A stretch of 64,000 bases of DNA from Sphyrna mokarran (lineage: Eukaryota). The position numbers and the translations under genes are program-made. The stretch spans positions 85,250,001 to 85,314,000 of the forward strand of contig JAGIQG010000003.1 in NCBI GenBank assembly GCA_024679065.1, given 5' to 3'. A model generated the notes under the pieces. The model had not been told where the DNA came from, searched no databases, and saw nothing but the letters and a program-made list of their open reading frames with translations. This document shows, one piece after another, positions 62,560 through 64,000 of the stretch (positions within the stretch are counted from its first letter, which is position 1; each line of letters opens with the position of its first letter).

Positions 62560-64000
62560 ACGACTATCAATCAACAATGAGATCAGGTTTTCTGGTCATT
62601 TTTGCTCTCTACATATCAGAATTTCTACCTCCACATGTACCCCAACTGACACAGCAGAGAAAATGGACAGCAGTTGGAGTTTTCTTGCTAAGAGTCATTC
62701 TCTCCCATATCATGTGGGTGCTTGGTAAGATAAAGGGTGTGATCTTACCAAACATTCTAAGTGCTGAATGAGCACGAAAACAGGAGGGAATCACTCCTGG
62801 TGGGGGGAAAAAAAGCAAGTGTGATTCTCACAACTACTGGGAGTGGATGAGTCTATTCATGCCAAGAAGCTGGCTGTTGAATGCGAGAGGGCACTATAGC
62901 GCATTATCTCTCAATGCACTATATACAAGGGTACATAGTGATTTGGGAGATTGTCACTCCCCCCAGCTGTTTTCTCTAAAAGTGCTGTTCTTTTTGTTAA
63001 TTTCATTCAGACAGATTGGTGCTGTTCTTTCAGGACCATTATATTCTTAACTTTTTTCCTTTCCTTCTTTCAGGAGGTAGAGACTTCTTCACATCTTAAA
63101 ACGTTTAGACTTCGCTGGCTGCAGTGTGGAAATCTCCACCCAGACATGATTCTGCCCAGATTGGGAAGTCTGAAAATCTCAGCTCTTCATTTTCCTGCAC
63201 CACTGGGAGAGGCTCAGCAGCTCGCTGGCTTTTATTTCCTTTCTACTTCTGTACTTGTTGATCTGCAGCTGATTTCTTCCTGTAAAAAAACAACTTCAAG
63301 TTTCTTCTTTTTAAATCTGCAACACAGTTTTCTTCTACCTGGGCATATCTTCCTTTTATTTCAAATTCCTATCTTTTGTTTCTTTAACTAAAGTTTCACT
63401 TTTCTTGCTCCTGAAGGCTAATTGCCCTTCATTCTAATTTTTCTTATTCTCTCAAACCTCTTGGCCACTAGCCACACTGGACTGGTTACTTTGGCTGCCG
63501 TCAGAATCTGGCACTATCTTGACAACTCTCTGAGTCTATTCACCCTCGGGTGGGTATCCCTCTTTTCCAACTTCAATTAAACCGGATGTTCACAGGTAGT
63601 CTGTGCCATTCAATCTATTCCATCTCGTCACCAATCCGTCATGACACCGTCAACCTCTTTCAGACTTTGTTAAGAACAAAAGACATTTATTGATAAGAGA
63701 ACTTGATAAAGGGGCTTACAGCCCTTGTCTGCCCTGGAGCGGCAGCTTAAGTTTTTGCAATCTCACAATATGACTTCTAGATGATACTGCCTGCGAGAGA
63801 ACTTTGCCACTTGTGTGATCACTCACTTTTAATTTCCATTTGTCAGGTAACTCATTTCTGCTAAAAGATCTTAGATGTAGAGATGCTGGGGTAAACACAT
63901 AGACAGACATCTCATACATAACTGAAGGCATTGTTGAAGATGTCTTGGTGAGTTGCTACAGAGCATATTACATAATGTCCTCAACTTATGAAGTTGACCC
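62560..64000 (-). mobile_element. Decayed LTR retroelement: 5' LTR end, tRNA-Ser(GCU)-type PBS (63617-63633) and degraded internal region
   Basis: Minus strand: AATAAA (63686-63691), then ...gtgtcatgacggat TGGTGACGAGATGGAAT versus the tRNA-Ser(GCU) complement TGGCGACGAGGATGGGAT; the following sequence is purine-rich with stops. Internal extent uncertain. Confidence 0.55.

Noticed and set aside
62951-63391. 146-aa Phe/Leu-rich ORF as a membrane protein
   Set aside because: It is the antisense shadow of a purine-rich minus strand in the LTR-element internal region, with a non-ATG start.

Overview
Repeat-rich, AT-rich vertebrate DNA, almost certainly from a cartilaginous fish (shark). It carries HE1-type V-SINEs, SacSINE1-like DeuSINEs, HER1/CR1, L2, RTE and Rex1/Babar LINE remnants, Penelope-like fragments, PIF/Harbinger fossils and MITEs, and the 5' LTR/PBS of a decayed LTR retroelement at the right edge. 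No intact host protein-coding gene is recognisable. Most ORFs in the track are TE fragments or chance ORFs; one candidate minus-strand exon lies at about 57.5 kb. The most unusual signal is a young CR1/HER1 LINE lineage present in five copies (at least three variants). Its extended 3' UTR is a composite module: a conserved splice-acceptor-like site after the ORF2 stop, about 200 nt of conserved hairpin-rich sequence, a V-SINE-like unit that has lost its Pol III B-box but keeps the V-domain, a variable linker, and the HER1 tail. TE boundaries were read by eye and are approximate, and family names come from recalled consensus motifs, not database searches.
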